A stretch of DNA of 64,000 nucleotides from Paraspadella gotoi (lineage: Eukaryota > Animalia > Chaetognatha). Both the position numbers and the translations under genes were made by a program. The DNA lies in the NCBI GenBank assembly GCA_051294375.1, contig CM119263.1:2194113-2258112 (forward strand), given 5' to 3'. The notes beneath the pieces are model-generated. The model saw only the letters and a list, made by a program, of their open reading frames with translations. It was not told the DNA's origin and did not search any database. Positions 12,790 to 26,890 of the stretch are shown here, piece by piece; positions within the stretch are counted from its first letter, which is position 1; each line of letters starts with the position of its first letter.

Positions 12790-15700
12790 CTTTTGATAAT
12801 CACTTTAAATATCAGTAGGAAAATATTCAGAAGGCTCTTATTCAGGGTTTCCAAAATAAATATCATTTTTTCTTTTAAATATCGAATGATTAATTCATTT
12901 TCAGGGTTTCTAAAATAACTATCATGTTTTTCTTTGTTAAATATCATTCGGAATTGTTCTTCTCATTATATGGGCCGTTCTTGTTCACGAAATCCGGTTT
13001 TTTTTTATACTATCAATCTTTCCGTACTAAATATCATTGAATTTTGGCTCGGTTTCCTTTTAAATATCAATCCTTTTTTTAAAATCATTTCTCGCAAAAT
13101 CGGTTTTCCTTTTAAATATCATCTTTTTTTTAAAAATATCATTTCTCCAAAAACGCTATCATCCGTGTTTTACTTTTAAATATCATCATTTTTTAAAATA
13201 ATTCAGTAACTACTAAATCGTTTCCTTTTTAAATATCCATTTTCCAAAAAACTATTCATCGGTTTTATTACTTTTAAACTATCATGCCTTTTTTAAAATC
13301 AATCAACTGCCTGAATCGGTTTTCTTTTTAATAGTCATTTTTCTTTAAATAATCATTTTACCTTTTAGAATACATTTTAACCTTTTAAATATCATCATTT
13401 TTTAAATATCAGTAACTCCCTAAATCGGTTTTCGCTTTTAAGACATTCAAATCTTTTTTTAAATATCATTTCTACAAATAACTATCATCCATGTTTTAAC
13501 TTTTAAATATCATCATTTTTTTAAATATCATCAACTAATAAATCGGTTTACCTTTTAAATATCATTTTCCCAAATAACTATCATGCCATGGTTTACTTTT
13601 GATATCATCCATTTTTTAAATATAGTAACTACTAAAATGCGGTTTGCGCCTTTTTAATATCATTTCTCCAAATAACTACATGCATCCCGGTGTTTTACCT
13701 TTTAAATATGCATCATCTTTTAAATATCAGTAACTTACTGGAAATCGGTTCCTTTTAAATATCATTTTTTTTATTCGCAAATAACCTATCATCGGTTTTT
13801 TAAACTTTTAACTATCATCACTTTTTAAATATCATCAACTCCTAAATCGGTTTTCCTTTTAAATATCATACTTTTTTTAAATATCAATTTAGCTTTTAAA
13901 TATCAATCATTTTTAAATATCAGTAAGCTCCTAAATCGGTTTCCTTTTAAATATCATTTTCCAAATAACTAATCATCGGTGTTTTTACTTTTAAACTATC
14001 ATCAGGCTTTTTTAAATATCAATCAAACTCCTAAATCGGTTTCCTTTTAAATATCATCTTTTTTTTAAAATATTCATTTCTAACAAATAACTCATCATCC
14101 GTGTGTTTTTACTTTTAAATATATATTTTTTAAATATCATCAACTATAAATCGGTTTTCTTTTAAATATCATTTCTCCAAATAACTATCATCAGTTGTTT
14201 TACTTTTAACTATCATCACTTTTTAAATATCATCAACTTCTAAACTCGGTTTGCCTTTTAAAATATCATCTTTTTTTTAAAATATCATTTCTACAAATAA
14301 CTACATCCGTGTTTTACTTTTAATATCAATAATTTTTTAAATATCAGTAACTCTAAATCGGTTTCTTTTAAATATCATTTTTTCCAAATATCTATCAATC
14401 GGTTTTTTAGCTTTTACTATCAATCGCTTTTTTAAAATAATCATCAACTCCTAAATCGGTTTCCTTTTATTCATCTTTTTTTAAATATAATTTTACTTTA
14501 ATATCATCATTTTTAATAGTCAGTAACTCCTAAATCGGTTTTCGGCTTTTAAATATCATTTTTCGTTCAAATAAATATCATCAGTGTTTGTTAGCTTTTA
14601 ACTATGCATCACTTTTTAAATATGCATAAACTCCTAAATTCGGTTTCCTTTTAAATATCATCTATTTTTTAAATATCATTTCTCCAATAACTTATCATCC
14701 CGTGTTTTAGCTTTTAAAATATCTCCTTTTTTGAATACTCATTACTCCAAATCGGTTTCTTTAAATATCATTTCTCCAAATAAGCTATCACCGTGTTTTT
14801 ACTTTTAAATATCATCATTTTTTAAATATCAGTAACTACTAGAATCGGTTTGCCTTTTAAAATTCATTTTTTCCAAATAACTATCATCGTTTTTTTACTT
14901 TTAAAACTATCATCCTTTTTTTAAATATCATCAACACCTCAATCGGTTTCCTTTTAAATATCAATCTTTTTTATAATAACATTTTTAGCTTTTCAATACA
15001 TTCATTTTTTAAATATCATAACTCGCTAAATCGTTTCCTTTTAAATATCATTTTTTCCAAAATAACTTATCATCGGTGTTTTACTTTTAACTATCATCAA
15101 CTTTTTAAATATCATCAACTCCTAATCGGTTCGCATTTTAAATACATCTTCTTTTTTAAATATCAATTTCTGCCAAATACTATATCCATCCGTGTTTTAC
15201 TTTTAAATATGCATCATTTTTTAAATTCAGTAACTACTAAATTCGGTTTCCTTTTTAAATATCATTTTTCCAAATAACTATCATCGGTTTTTTAAACCTT
15301 TTAACTATCATCCTTTTTTAAATTAGATCATGCAAACCCTATAATCGGTTTTCCTTTTAAATATCATCCTTTTTTATAATATCATTTTACTTTAAATATC
15401 ATGATTTTTTAAATATCAGTAACATCGCTAAATCGGTTTCCTTGTTAACATAATCTTTTCCAAATAATTATCTCGTTGTTTTACTTTTAACTATGCATCA
15501 CTTTTTAAATATCAGTCAACTCCTAAAATCCGGGTTTTTCCTTTTTAAATATCATCTTTTTTTTAAATTAACATTTCTCCAAAATAATATCATGCGCGTG
15601 TTTTACTTTTAATATCATCCTTTTTTAAAATATCATTACCTCCTAAATCGGTTTCCTTTAAATATCATTTCTCCAATAACTATCATCGTGTTTTACGCTT

Positions 15701-18700
15701 TTAAATATCATGCATTTTTAAATATGCAGTAACTACTAATCGGTTCCTTTAATATCATTTTTACAAATAACTATCATCGGTGTTTACTTTTAACTATCTC
15801 ACTTTGTTAATATCATCACTCCTAAATCGGTTTCCTTTTAAATATCATCTTTTTTTTTTAAATATCATTCTACAAATAAACTATCATCCGTGTTTTTACT
15901 TTTAAAGTATCAATCATTTTAAAATATCATCAACTAATAAAAAAAAAAAAAAAAATCGGTTTTCTTTTAAATATCATTTCTCCAAATAACTATCATCAGT
16001 GTTTTACTTTTTAACTATCATTCCACTTTTTAAATATCATCACACTTCTAAATCGGTTTCCTTTTAAATATCATCTTTTTTTTTAAATATCATTTCTACA
16101 AATAACTATCTATCCGTTGTTTTAACATTTTAAATATCAAATTTTTTAAATATCAGTTAACTCCTAATCGGGTTTTCTTTTAAATATCATTTTTCCAAAT
16201 AACTATCATCGGTTTTTTAACTTTTAACTATCATCGCTTTTTTAAATATCATCAACTGCCTAAATCGGTTTCCTTTAAATATCAATCTTTTTTAAATAAT
16301 CATTTTACTTTTTAAATATCATCGATTTGTTTTAAATATCAGTAACATCCTAAATCGGTTTCCTTTTAAATATCATTTTTCCAAATACTATCATCAGTGT
16401 TTTACTTTTAACTATCATCTAGCTTTTAAATATCATCAACTCCTTAAATCGGTTTCCTTTTAAATATATCTTTTTTTTAAATCATATTTTCTCCAAATAG
16501 ACTATCTCCGTGTTTTACTTTTAAATATCATCGCTTTTTTGAATATATTACCTCCTAAAAGTCCGGTTTCCTTTTAAATATCATTTCTCCAAATAAACTA
16601 TTCATCCGTGTTTTACTTTTAAAAATATCATCATTTTTTAATAGTCAGTAACTACTAAATGGTTTCCTTGTTAATATTGCATTTTTCCAATAACTATCAT
16701 CGGTTTTTTTACTTTTAAACTACTCATGGCTTTTTAAAATATGCATCAACACCTAAATCGGTTTCCTTTAAATTATCATCTTTTTTTAAATATCATTTTA
16801 CTTTTAAATATCATCATTTTTTAAATATCAGTAAGCTCCTTAAATCGGGTTCCTTTTAATATCATTTTTCCAAATAACTATCATCGGTGTTTTACTTTTA
16901 ACTAATCATCACTTTTTAAATATCATCGCAAACTCCTAAATCGGTTTCCTTTTAAATATCATCTTTTTTTAAATATCATTTCTCCAAATAACTATCATCC
17001 GTGTTTTAGCCTTTTAAATATCATCATTTTTTAAATTATCAATCTAATACTAAAATCGGTTTCCCTTTTAAATATGCATATTTTCCAAATAACTATCATC
17101 GGTTTTTTACTTTTAACTATCATCCTTTTTTTAAATATCATCAACACTAAATCGGTTTCCTTTTAAAATGATCATCTTTTTTTAAATATCATTTTAGCTT
17201 TTAAATATCATCATTTTTTAAATATCATAACTCCTAATCCGGTTTCTTTTAAATATCATTTTCCCAAATAACTATCATCGGTTGTTTTAGCTTTTAACTA
17301 TCATCACTTTTTTAAATATCATCAATCTTAAATCGGTTTCCTTTTAAATATCAATCTTTTTTTAAATATCATTTTACTTTTAAATATCATCATTTTTTTA
17401 AATATCAGTAACTCCTAAATCGTTTGCCTTTTAAATTCAATTTTATCCAATAAACTATCAATCGGTGTTTTTACTTTTAACTTCATCACTTTTTATAAAT
17501 ATCATACTCCTAATCGGTTTCGCTTTAAATATCACTTTTTTTTAAAATAACACATTTCTCCAAATTACTATCATCCGTGTTTTACTTTTAAATATCATCC
17601 TTTTTTAAATAATCATTACTCTAAATCGGTTTCCTTTTAAATATCATTTTCTCCAAATTATACTATCATCCGTGTTTCACTTTTAAATATCATCATTTTT
17701 TAAATATCAGTAACTACTAAATCGGTTTCCTTTCATAATATCATTTTCCCAGAATAGACTAATCATCGGTTTTTTTACTTTTAAACTATTTCATCCTTTT
17801 TTAAAATAATCATACAACACCTAATATCGGTTTCCTTTTAAATATCATCTTTTTTTAAATATCATTTCTACCTTATAAAATATCATCAATTTTCTGAAAT
17901 AATCAGTAACTTCCTAAATCGGTTTCCTTTTTAAGATATCATTTTTTTCCAAATAACTATCATCGGTGTTTTACCTTTTAACTATCATCACTTTTTAAAA
18001 TATTCATCAACTCCTAAATCGGTTCCTTTTAATATCATCTTTTTTTTAAATTATCATTTCTACAAATAACATGCAATCCGTGTTTTTATATCCTTTTAAA
18101 TATCATCATTTTTTAAAATATCATCAATCTAATAAATCGGTTTTCTTTTTAAATATCATTTTTACCAAATTAAGATATCATCGGTTTTTTTACTTTTAAC
18201 TATCATCCCTTTTTTAAATATCATCAACACCTAAATCGGTTTCCTTGTTTTAAATATCATCTTTTTTTTAAATTACTCATGTTCACTACAACATAGACTA
18301 TCATCCGTGTTTTACTTTTAAATATCATAAATTTTTAAAAATATCAGTAACCTCCTAAATCGGTTTTCTTTTAAATATCTTTTTTTTTCCAAATAACTAT
18401 TCATCGGTTTTTTACTTTTAACTATCATCCTTTTTTAAATATCATGCAACACTAAATCGTTTCCTTTTAAATATACATATCTTTTTTAAATATCATTTTA
18501 ACATTTTAAAATTATCATCATTTTTTAATATCAGTAACTCATAAATCGGGTTTCCTTTTAAAATATCATTTTTGTCCAATAATTATCATCCGTGTTTTAC
18601 TTTTTTAACTATCATCAACTTTTTAAATATCATCAACTCCTAAATGCGGTTTCCCTTTTAAATATCATCTTTTTTAAATATACATTAGTTGAGGGTGGCA

Positions 18701-21700
18701 TTCTAGGTGCGGCGAGTGTACTTGCTTGTTCTCCAAATAAATATCATCCGTGTTTACTTTTTAATATCATCTTTTAAATATCATTACCTCCTAAATCGTT
18801 TGCCTTTTAATATCATTTCTCCAAATAACTATCATCCGTGTTTACTTTTAAATATCATGCATTTTTTTAAATATCAGTAACTACTAAATCCGGTTTACCT
18901 TTTAAATATCAATTTTTCCAAATAACTATCATCGGTGTTTTAGCTTTTAACTATCATCACTTTTTAAATTATCAATAACTCCTAAAATCGTGTTTCCTTT
19001 TAAATATCATCTTTTTTTTTTTAATATCATTTCTAACAAATAACTATCATCCGTGTTTTAACCCTTTTAAATATCAATCATTTTTTGAAAATAATCAACT
19101 AATAATCGGTTTTCTTTAAAATATCATTTCTCCAAATAACTATCATCAGTGTTTTACTTTTAACTATCATCACTTTTTAAAAATATCATCAACTTCTAAA
19201 TCGGTTTCCCTTTTAAAATATCATCTTTTTTTTAAATATCATTTCTACAGAATAACTATCATCCGATGTTTTACTTTTAAATATATAATTTTTTAATATA
19301 GTCAGTAACTCCTACAATCGGTTTTCTTTTAAAATATCATTTTTCCAAATAACTATCATCCGGTTTTTTACTTCTTAACGTATCATACCTTTTTTAAATA
19401 TCTCACTCCTAAGTCAGGTTTCCTTTTGAAAATATCATCGTTTTTTTAAAATACTCATTTTACTTTTAAAATATCATCATTTTTTAAAATATCAGTAACT
19501 CCTAATCGGTTTCCTTTTAATATCATTTTTTCCAAATGAACAATCATCATGGTTTTACTTTTAACTATCATCCACTTTTTTAAATATCATCAACTCCTAA
19601 ATCGGTTTCCTTTTAAATATCATCTTTTTTTTAAAATATCATTTTCTTCATAATAATTCATCATCCGTGTTTACTTTTAAATATCATCCTTTTTTTGAAG
19701 TATCATTACCATCCTAAATTTCGGTTTCCCTTTAATATCATTTCTCTCCAAATAACTAATCATGCCTGTTTTAACTTTAAATATCATCATTTTTTAAATA
19801 TCAGTAACTACTAAATCGGTTTCCTTTTAAATAATTTTTCCAAATAAGCTATCATTCGGTTTTTTACTTTTAACTATCATCCTTTTTTTAAATATCATCA
19901 ACACCTAAATCGGTTTCCTTTTAAATATCATCTTTTTTAAAATATCATTTTTAATTTTAAATATCATCATTTTTTAAATATCAGTAACTCCTAAATCGGT
20001 TCTTTTAAATATCATTTTTCCAATAACTATCATCGGTGTTTACTTTTTAACAATATCATCACTTTTTAAATATCATCAACTCTAAATCGGTTTCCTTTTA
20101 AATATCATCTTTTTTTTAAATATCATTTCTCCCAAATCCACTATCATCCGTGTTTTACTTTTAAAATCATCAATTTTTTTAAATACAATAACTACTAAAT
20201 CGGTTTCCATTTTTTTTTATTTTTTTTAAATATCATTTTTCGCAAATAACTAATCATCGGTTTATTTACTTTTAACTATCATCCTTTTTTAAATATCATG
20301 CAAACACCTAAATCGGTGTTCCTTTTAAAATATCATCTTTTTTAAATATCATTTTACTTTTAAATATCATCATTTTTTAAATATCAGTATACCCTAAATC
20401 GGTTTCCCTTTTAAAAATATCATTTTCCAAATAACTATCATCTCGGTGTTTTACTTTTAACTATGCATCACTTTTTTAAATATCATCAACTCCTAAAATT
20501 TCGGTTTCCTTTTAAATATCAATCTTTTTTTAAATATCATTTACTTTTAAATATCATCATTTTTTTAATATCAGTACTCTAAATCGGTTTCTCTTTTAAT
20601 ATCATTTTTCTCGCAATAACTATCATCGGTGTTTTAGCTTTTAACTATCAACATCACTTTTAAATATCATCAACTCCTAAATCGGTTTTTCGCTTTTAAA
20701 TATCATGCTTTTTTTTAAATAACATTTCTCCAAAAAATAACTATCATCCGTGTTTTACTTTTTAAAATATCATCCTTTATTAATATCATTACGCTGTCCT
20801 AAATCGGTACCTTTTAAATATCATTTCTCCAAATAACTATCATCCGTGTTTGCACTTTTAAATATCATCATTTTTTAAATTTCAGTAACTACTTAACTCG
20901 GTTTCCTTTCAAATATCATTTTTCCAAAATAACTAATCATCGGTTTTGTAGCTTTTAACTATCATCCTTTTTTAAAATATCATGCAACACCTAATCGGTT
21001 TTCCTTTTAAATACTCATCCTTTATTTTAAATATCATTTTACTTTATATCATCATTTTTCTAAATATCAGTACTCACTCAAATCGGTTTTCCTTTTAAAA
21101 TTATCCATTTTTCCAAATAACTATCATGCGGTGTTTTAGCTTTTAACTATCATCACTGTTTTAATATCATCAATCCTAAATCGGTTTCCTTTTAAATATC
21201 ATCTTTATTTTTAAATATCATTTCTACAAATAACCTATCATGCGTGTTTTACTTTTAAATATCAATCATATTTTTAAAATATCATCAACTAATAAATCGT
21301 TTCTTTAAATATCATTTTTCCAAAATAACTATCATCCGGTTTTTTACTTTTAAACTATCATCCTTTTTTAAATACATCAACAACCTAAATCGGTTTCCTT
21401 TTAAATATCATCTTTTTTTAAAATTCATTTCTACAAATAACTATCATCCGTGTTTTACTTTTAAATATCATTAATTTTTTAAATATCAGTAACTTCCTAA
21501 AATTCGGTTCTTTTAATATTTTTTTCGCAAATAACTATGATCGGTTTTTTACTTAACTAATCAATCCTTTTTTAAATATCATCACACCTAAATCGGTTTC
21601 CTTTTAAATAGTCATCTTTTTTTAAATATCATTTTATTTTAAATATCATCATTTTTTAAATCATAATACTCCTAAATCGGTTTTCTATTTAAATATCAAT

Positions 21701-24700
21701 TCTCCAAATAGACTATCACCTTGTTTTACTTTTAAATATCATCATTTTTTAAATATCAGCTAACTACTAAATACGGTTTCCTTTTAATATCATTTTTGCC
21801 AAATAACTATCATCGGTTTTTTACTTTTAAACTATCATCCCTATTTAAATATCATCAACCCGTAAAATGGTTTTCCTTTAAATATCATCTTTTTTTAAAT
21901 ATCATTGTTACTTTTTAAATACATCATTTTTTAATATCAGTACTCCTAAATCGGTTTCCTTTTTAAATATCATTTTTCCCAAATAACTATCATCGGTGTT
22001 TTTACTTTTAACTATCATCAACTTTTTAAATATCGATCAACCCTAAATCGGTTTCCTTTTAAAATATCATCTTTTTTTAAATATCATTTCTCCAAATAAC
22101 TATCATTCCGTGTTTTACTTTTAAATATCAAAATTTTAAAATATAACATAACTACTAAAATTCCGGTTTCTTTTAAAAATATCATTTTTCCAAATAACTA
22201 TCATCCGGGTTTTTTACTTTTAACTATCATCCTTTTTTAAATATCATCGAACCAGCCTAAATCCGGTTTCCTTTTAAAATATCATCTTTTTTTAAAATAT
22301 CATTTTTACTTTTAAATATGCATCATTTTTAAATATCAGGTAACTTTTAAATTCGGTTTTGCCTTGTTAAATATCATTTTTTCCAAATATACTATCAATC
22401 GGTGTTTTATCCTTTTAACTATCATTCACTTTTAAATTCATCAAACGTCCTAATCGGGTTCCTTTAAAATATCATCGTTTTTTAAATATCATTCTTACTT
22501 TTAAAATATCATCATTTTTTACAATGATCAGTAACTCCTAATCGTTTCCTTTTAAATATCATTTTTTCGCAAAATAACTATCATCGGTGTTTTACTTTTA
22601 ACGTATCATCACTTTTTAAATATCATCAAACTCCTAAATCGGTTTCCTTTTAAATATCATCTTTTTTTTAAATAAATTTCTCCAAATAACTAATCATCCG
22701 TGTTTTACCTTTTAAATATCATCCTTTTTTTAAATATGCATCTACTCCTAAATCGGTTTCCTTTTAAATATTCATTTCTCCAAATAACTATCATCCGTGT
22801 TTCACTTTTAAATATCATCATTTTTTAAATTTTTATCAGTAACTACTAAATCGGTTTTCCCTTTCAAGTATTCATTTTTTCCAAATAACGATCATCGGTT
22901 TTTTACTTGTTGTGTAACTATCATCCTTTTTTCAATATCATACAACACGCTAAATCGGTTTCCTTTTAAATATCTCTTGTTTTAAATATCATTTTACTTT
23001 TAAATATCATCATTTTTCTAAAATATCAAGTAACTCCTAAATCGGTTTCCTTTAAATACGATTTTTCCCAAATAACTATCATCGGTGTTTTTAACTTTTA
23101 ACTATCATTCACTTTTTTAAATACTCATCAACTCCTAAATCGTTTTTTTTAAATATCATTTTTTTTTTTAAATATCATCTTCTACAATAACTATCCATCC
23201 GTTTTTACCTTATTAAATATCATCATTTTTTAAATATCATACAACTAATAAATCGGTTTTCTTTTAAAATATCATTTTTTCCAAATAACTATGCAATCGG
23301 TTTTTTACTTTTAACTATCATCCTTTTTTAAATATCATCAATCACGCTACATCGGTTTCCTTTTAAATATCAATCTTTTTTTAAAATATGCATTTCTCTA
23401 ACAAATAACTATCATTCGCGTGTTTTACTTTTAAAATATCAGATAAATTTTTTAAATATCAGTAACTCTAATCGGTTTTCTTTAATATCTTTTTTCCAAA
23501 ATAAACTAATCATCGGTTTTTTACTTTTAACTATCATCCCTTTTTTTAAATATCATCAACACCTAATCGGTTTCCTTTTAAATATCAATTTCTTTTTTAA
23601 ATATCCATTTTAACTTTTAAATATCATCATTTTTTTAAATATCAGTAAGCTCCAAATCGGTTTCCTTTAAATATCATTTCTCAAATAAGTATCACCGTTG
23701 TTTTACTTTTAAATATACATCCATTTTTTAAATATCAGTAACTACTCAAATCGGTTTCCTTTAAATATCATTTTTCCCAAATACTATCATCGGGTTTTTT
23801 AACTTTTAACTATCATTCCCTATTTTAAATATATCCAACACCTAAATTTTCGGTTGTCCTTTTAAATATCATCTTTTTTTCAAATATCAAATTTTACTTT
23901 TAAATATCATCAATTTTTTAAATATCAGTAAACTCCTAAATCGGTTTCCTTTTAAATATCATTTTTCCAAATAACATATCATCGTTGTTTTTTACTTTTA
24001 ACATCATACTTTTTAAATTCATCAACTCCTAAAATCGGTTTTCCTTTATAAAATATCATCTTTTTTTAAAAATAAACATTTTCTCCAACATAACTTAATT
24101 CAATCCGTCGTTTACTTTTAAATTATCATCTTTTTTAAATATCATTACCCTTCCTAATCGGTTTCCTTTTAAATATCATTTCCTCCAAATAACTATCAAT
24201 CCGTGTTTTACTTTTAAATTCATCAATTTTTTTAAATATCCAGTAACTACTAAATCGGTTTCCTTTTAAATATCTTTTCCAAATATATCATATCATCGGT
24301 TTTTTAGCTTTTAACTTCATCCTTTTTTAAATATCATCAACACCATAAATCGGTTTCCTTTAAATTCATCTCTTTTTTTAAATATCATTTTACTTTTAAA
24401 TATCATCATTTTTTAAATATCATTAGTAATCCTAAATCGGTTTTCCTTTTAAATATCATTTTTTTGCCAAATAACTATCATCGGTGTTTACTTTAACTAT
24501 CTCGACTTTTAAAATATATCATCAACCCTAAATCGGTTTCCTTTTAAATATTCATCTTTTTTTTAAATATCATTTCTACAAATAACTATCATCCGTGTTT
24601 TACTTTTATATCATCATTTTTTAATACTATCATCAACTAATAATCGGTTTTCTTTAAATATCAATTTCTCCAAATAACTATCATCATGTTTTTAGTCTTT

Positions 24701-24983
24701 TAACTATCTATCACTTTTTAAATATCATCAACTTCTAAATCGGTTTCCTTTTAAATATCATCTTTTTTTTAATATCATGTTCTACAAAATAAACTATCAT
24801 CCGTGTTTGTACTTTTAAATATCATAATTGTTTTAAATATTTCAGTAACTCCTAAATCGGTTTTCTTTTTAAATATCATTTTTTCCAAATAACTATCATC
24901 GGTTTTTTACTTTTAACTATCATCCTTGGTTTTAAATATCATCAAACTCCTAAATCGGTTCCTTGTAAATAATCATCTTTTTT
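12790..24983 (+). repeat. ~12-kb AT-rich satellite array, monomers ~85/93/110 bp, with higher-order variant patterning
   Basis: Anchor AAATCGGTTTCCTTTTAAATATCAT repeats throughout; monomers are built from TTTTAAATATCATC sub-repeats. Confidence 0.97.
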
Positions 24984-25620
24984 ATCGGATCTGCTTATCA
25001 GGCAAGATCCGACTCTATAACTCCACTTTTTATAACTCACGTTTTTCGGTCCGTCGGGTCCCGCCCCACTCAATATGTCGGGCACACACTTATATCATGT
25101 CAGAAACATCGAAATTATGATAAATTATGCAGAAAAAAATGATGTCCCGTGCCGTCCGTGCTGTCGCGTCCGTCCGTCCGTCCGTCCGTGACCGTCCGTC
25201 CGTCCCACCTTAGCAAAAAACACCAAGTTACTCGTGCATGGATGGATGGATTTAAATGAAATTTTGTGTGTGGATAGGTAAAGGTGTGTGATTGAGCTGG
25301 ATATTAGTTTCGAGATGGAATCGTCCGAGTGGAAATGAGTTTGTAAATGGAAAAAAACAAAAAAAAATAATATTCACTATTTGAACACCAATTGCTCATG
25401 AGTGGATGGCTGATTGGAACCTGGAATTTGTATGTGGGTATGGGGAGGAAAGTGTGTGATTGAACAGGAAATCAAGTTTCGATGGAATAGTTTTGAGTGG
25501 AAATGAGTTTATGGAATAAAAACAAAAAACCTGTTTTACTAAATTGATTATGCTTCGCTTTTTTTTCCTTTTATATTAATATGTTACTGCAGGATTGATT
25601 GAACTAATAATTAATTATTA
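24984..25620 (+). mobile_element. DINE-1/HINE-like non-autonomous Helentron, 5' part
   Basis: Begins in a T-run; 5' hairpin (AG)TCGGATCTGCT-TATC-AGCAGATCCGACT; (GTCC)n microsatellite ~25150-25205; two ~160-bp central tandem repeats (25219-25367, 25383-25530). Confidence 0.75.
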
Positions 25621-25669
25621 TTAATTATACTCAATTGTTAAATTAACCTGAATTTAATTATTTGATTTA

Positions 25670-26266
25670 TTAATACATCCTGCAGTTACATTTAATTAAA
25701 AGGAAAAAGAAGCAATAATCAATCTAGTAAAAACAGGTTTTTTGTTTTTTTCCATTTAAACTCATTCGCACTCAAACTTTCCCATCGAAACTTGATTTTC
25801 CTGTTCAACTTTCACACACTTTCTCTACCACATACAAAATTCAGGTCATCAGAGCGCCATCCCACTCTGAGGCAAGTTGTGTTTCAAATAGTGAAATATA
25901 TTTTTTTTGTTTTTCCATTTAAACTCATTTCCATCGGACGATTCCATCGAACTTAATCATCCAGCTCAATCACACACTTCCTATCCACCACACAAAATTT
26001 CATTTAAATCCATCCATCCAATCACGAGTAATTGGTGTTTTTTGGCTAAGGTGGGACGGACGGACGGACGAGACGGAACGACCGGACGGACGGACAGACG
26101 GACGGACGGACATGCATTTTTTTTGCATAATTTTATCATATTCGATGTTCTGACATGATATAAGTGTGTTGCCCGACAATTATTGAGGGGGCGGACCGAC
26201 GGAACCGAAAAGTGAGTTATAAAAAGTGGTTATAGAGTCGGGATCTGCTGATAAGCAGATCCGACT
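25670..26266 (-). mobile_element. Inverted copy of the same HINE-like 5' part
   Basis: Reverse complement of 24984-25600, including the hairpin AGTCGGGATCTGCTGATAAGCAGATCCGACT and (GGAC)n. Confidence 0.75.
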
Positions 26267-26850
26267 AAAAAGATGATATTTACAAGGAAACCGATTTAGG
26301 AGTTGATGATATTTAAAAAGGATGATAGTTAAAAGTAAAAAACCGATGTATTATATTGGAAAAATGATATTTAAAAGAAAACCGATTTAGGAGTTACTGA
26401 TATTTAAAAATTATGAATATTTAAAAGTAAACACGGATGAATAGTTATTTGTAAGAAATGATATTAAAAAAAAAGATGATATTTAAAAGGAAACCGATTT
26501 AGAAGTTGACTGATATTTAAAAAAGTGATGATAGTTTAAAAGTAAAACACGATGATAGTTATTTTGGAGAAATGATATTTAAAAGAAAACCGACTTTATT
26601 AGTTGATGATATTTAAAAAATGATGATATTAAAAGTAAAAACACGGATGATAGTTATTTGTGAGAAATGATATTTAAAAAAAGATGATATTTAAAAGGAA
26701 ACCGATTTAGGAGTTGATGAATATTTAAAAAGTGATGATAGTTAAAAGTAAACACCGATGATAGTTATTTGAAAAAATGATATTAAAAGGAACCGATTTA
26801 GGAGTTACTGATATTTAAAAAATGATGATATTTAAAAGTAAATGATGTTT
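26267..26850 (-). repeat. ~580 bp of the same satellite in reverse orientation
   Basis: GGAAACCGATTT / GATGATATTTAAAA units; mirrors ~24400-24983, including the CCTTGTAAAT variant. Confidence 0.95.
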
Positions 26851-26890
26851 AACAAGTTTTGAGCCAAACAATGTCGGATCTGCCTACGAT
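26851..26890 (-). mobile_element. 3' terminus of the HINE-like element
   Basis: Minus strand reads GCAGATCCGAC (subterminal inverted repeat matching the 5' hairpin), then a short TTTG-GCT-CAAA stem-loop, then CTTGTT, then satellite resumes. Confidence 0.65.

Noticed and set aside
12489-12918. Plus-strand ORFs over the GalT-like exons (also 28665, 34460-34965, 35079-35446)
   Set aside because: Antisense shadows of GC-rich minus-strand exons whose splice phases and motifs are consistent
18684-18730. ~45-bp GC-rich insert inside the satellite (also poly-A at ~15940 and poly-T at ~20210)
   Set aside because: Single occurrences without TSD or recognisable motif; typical long-read noise bursts
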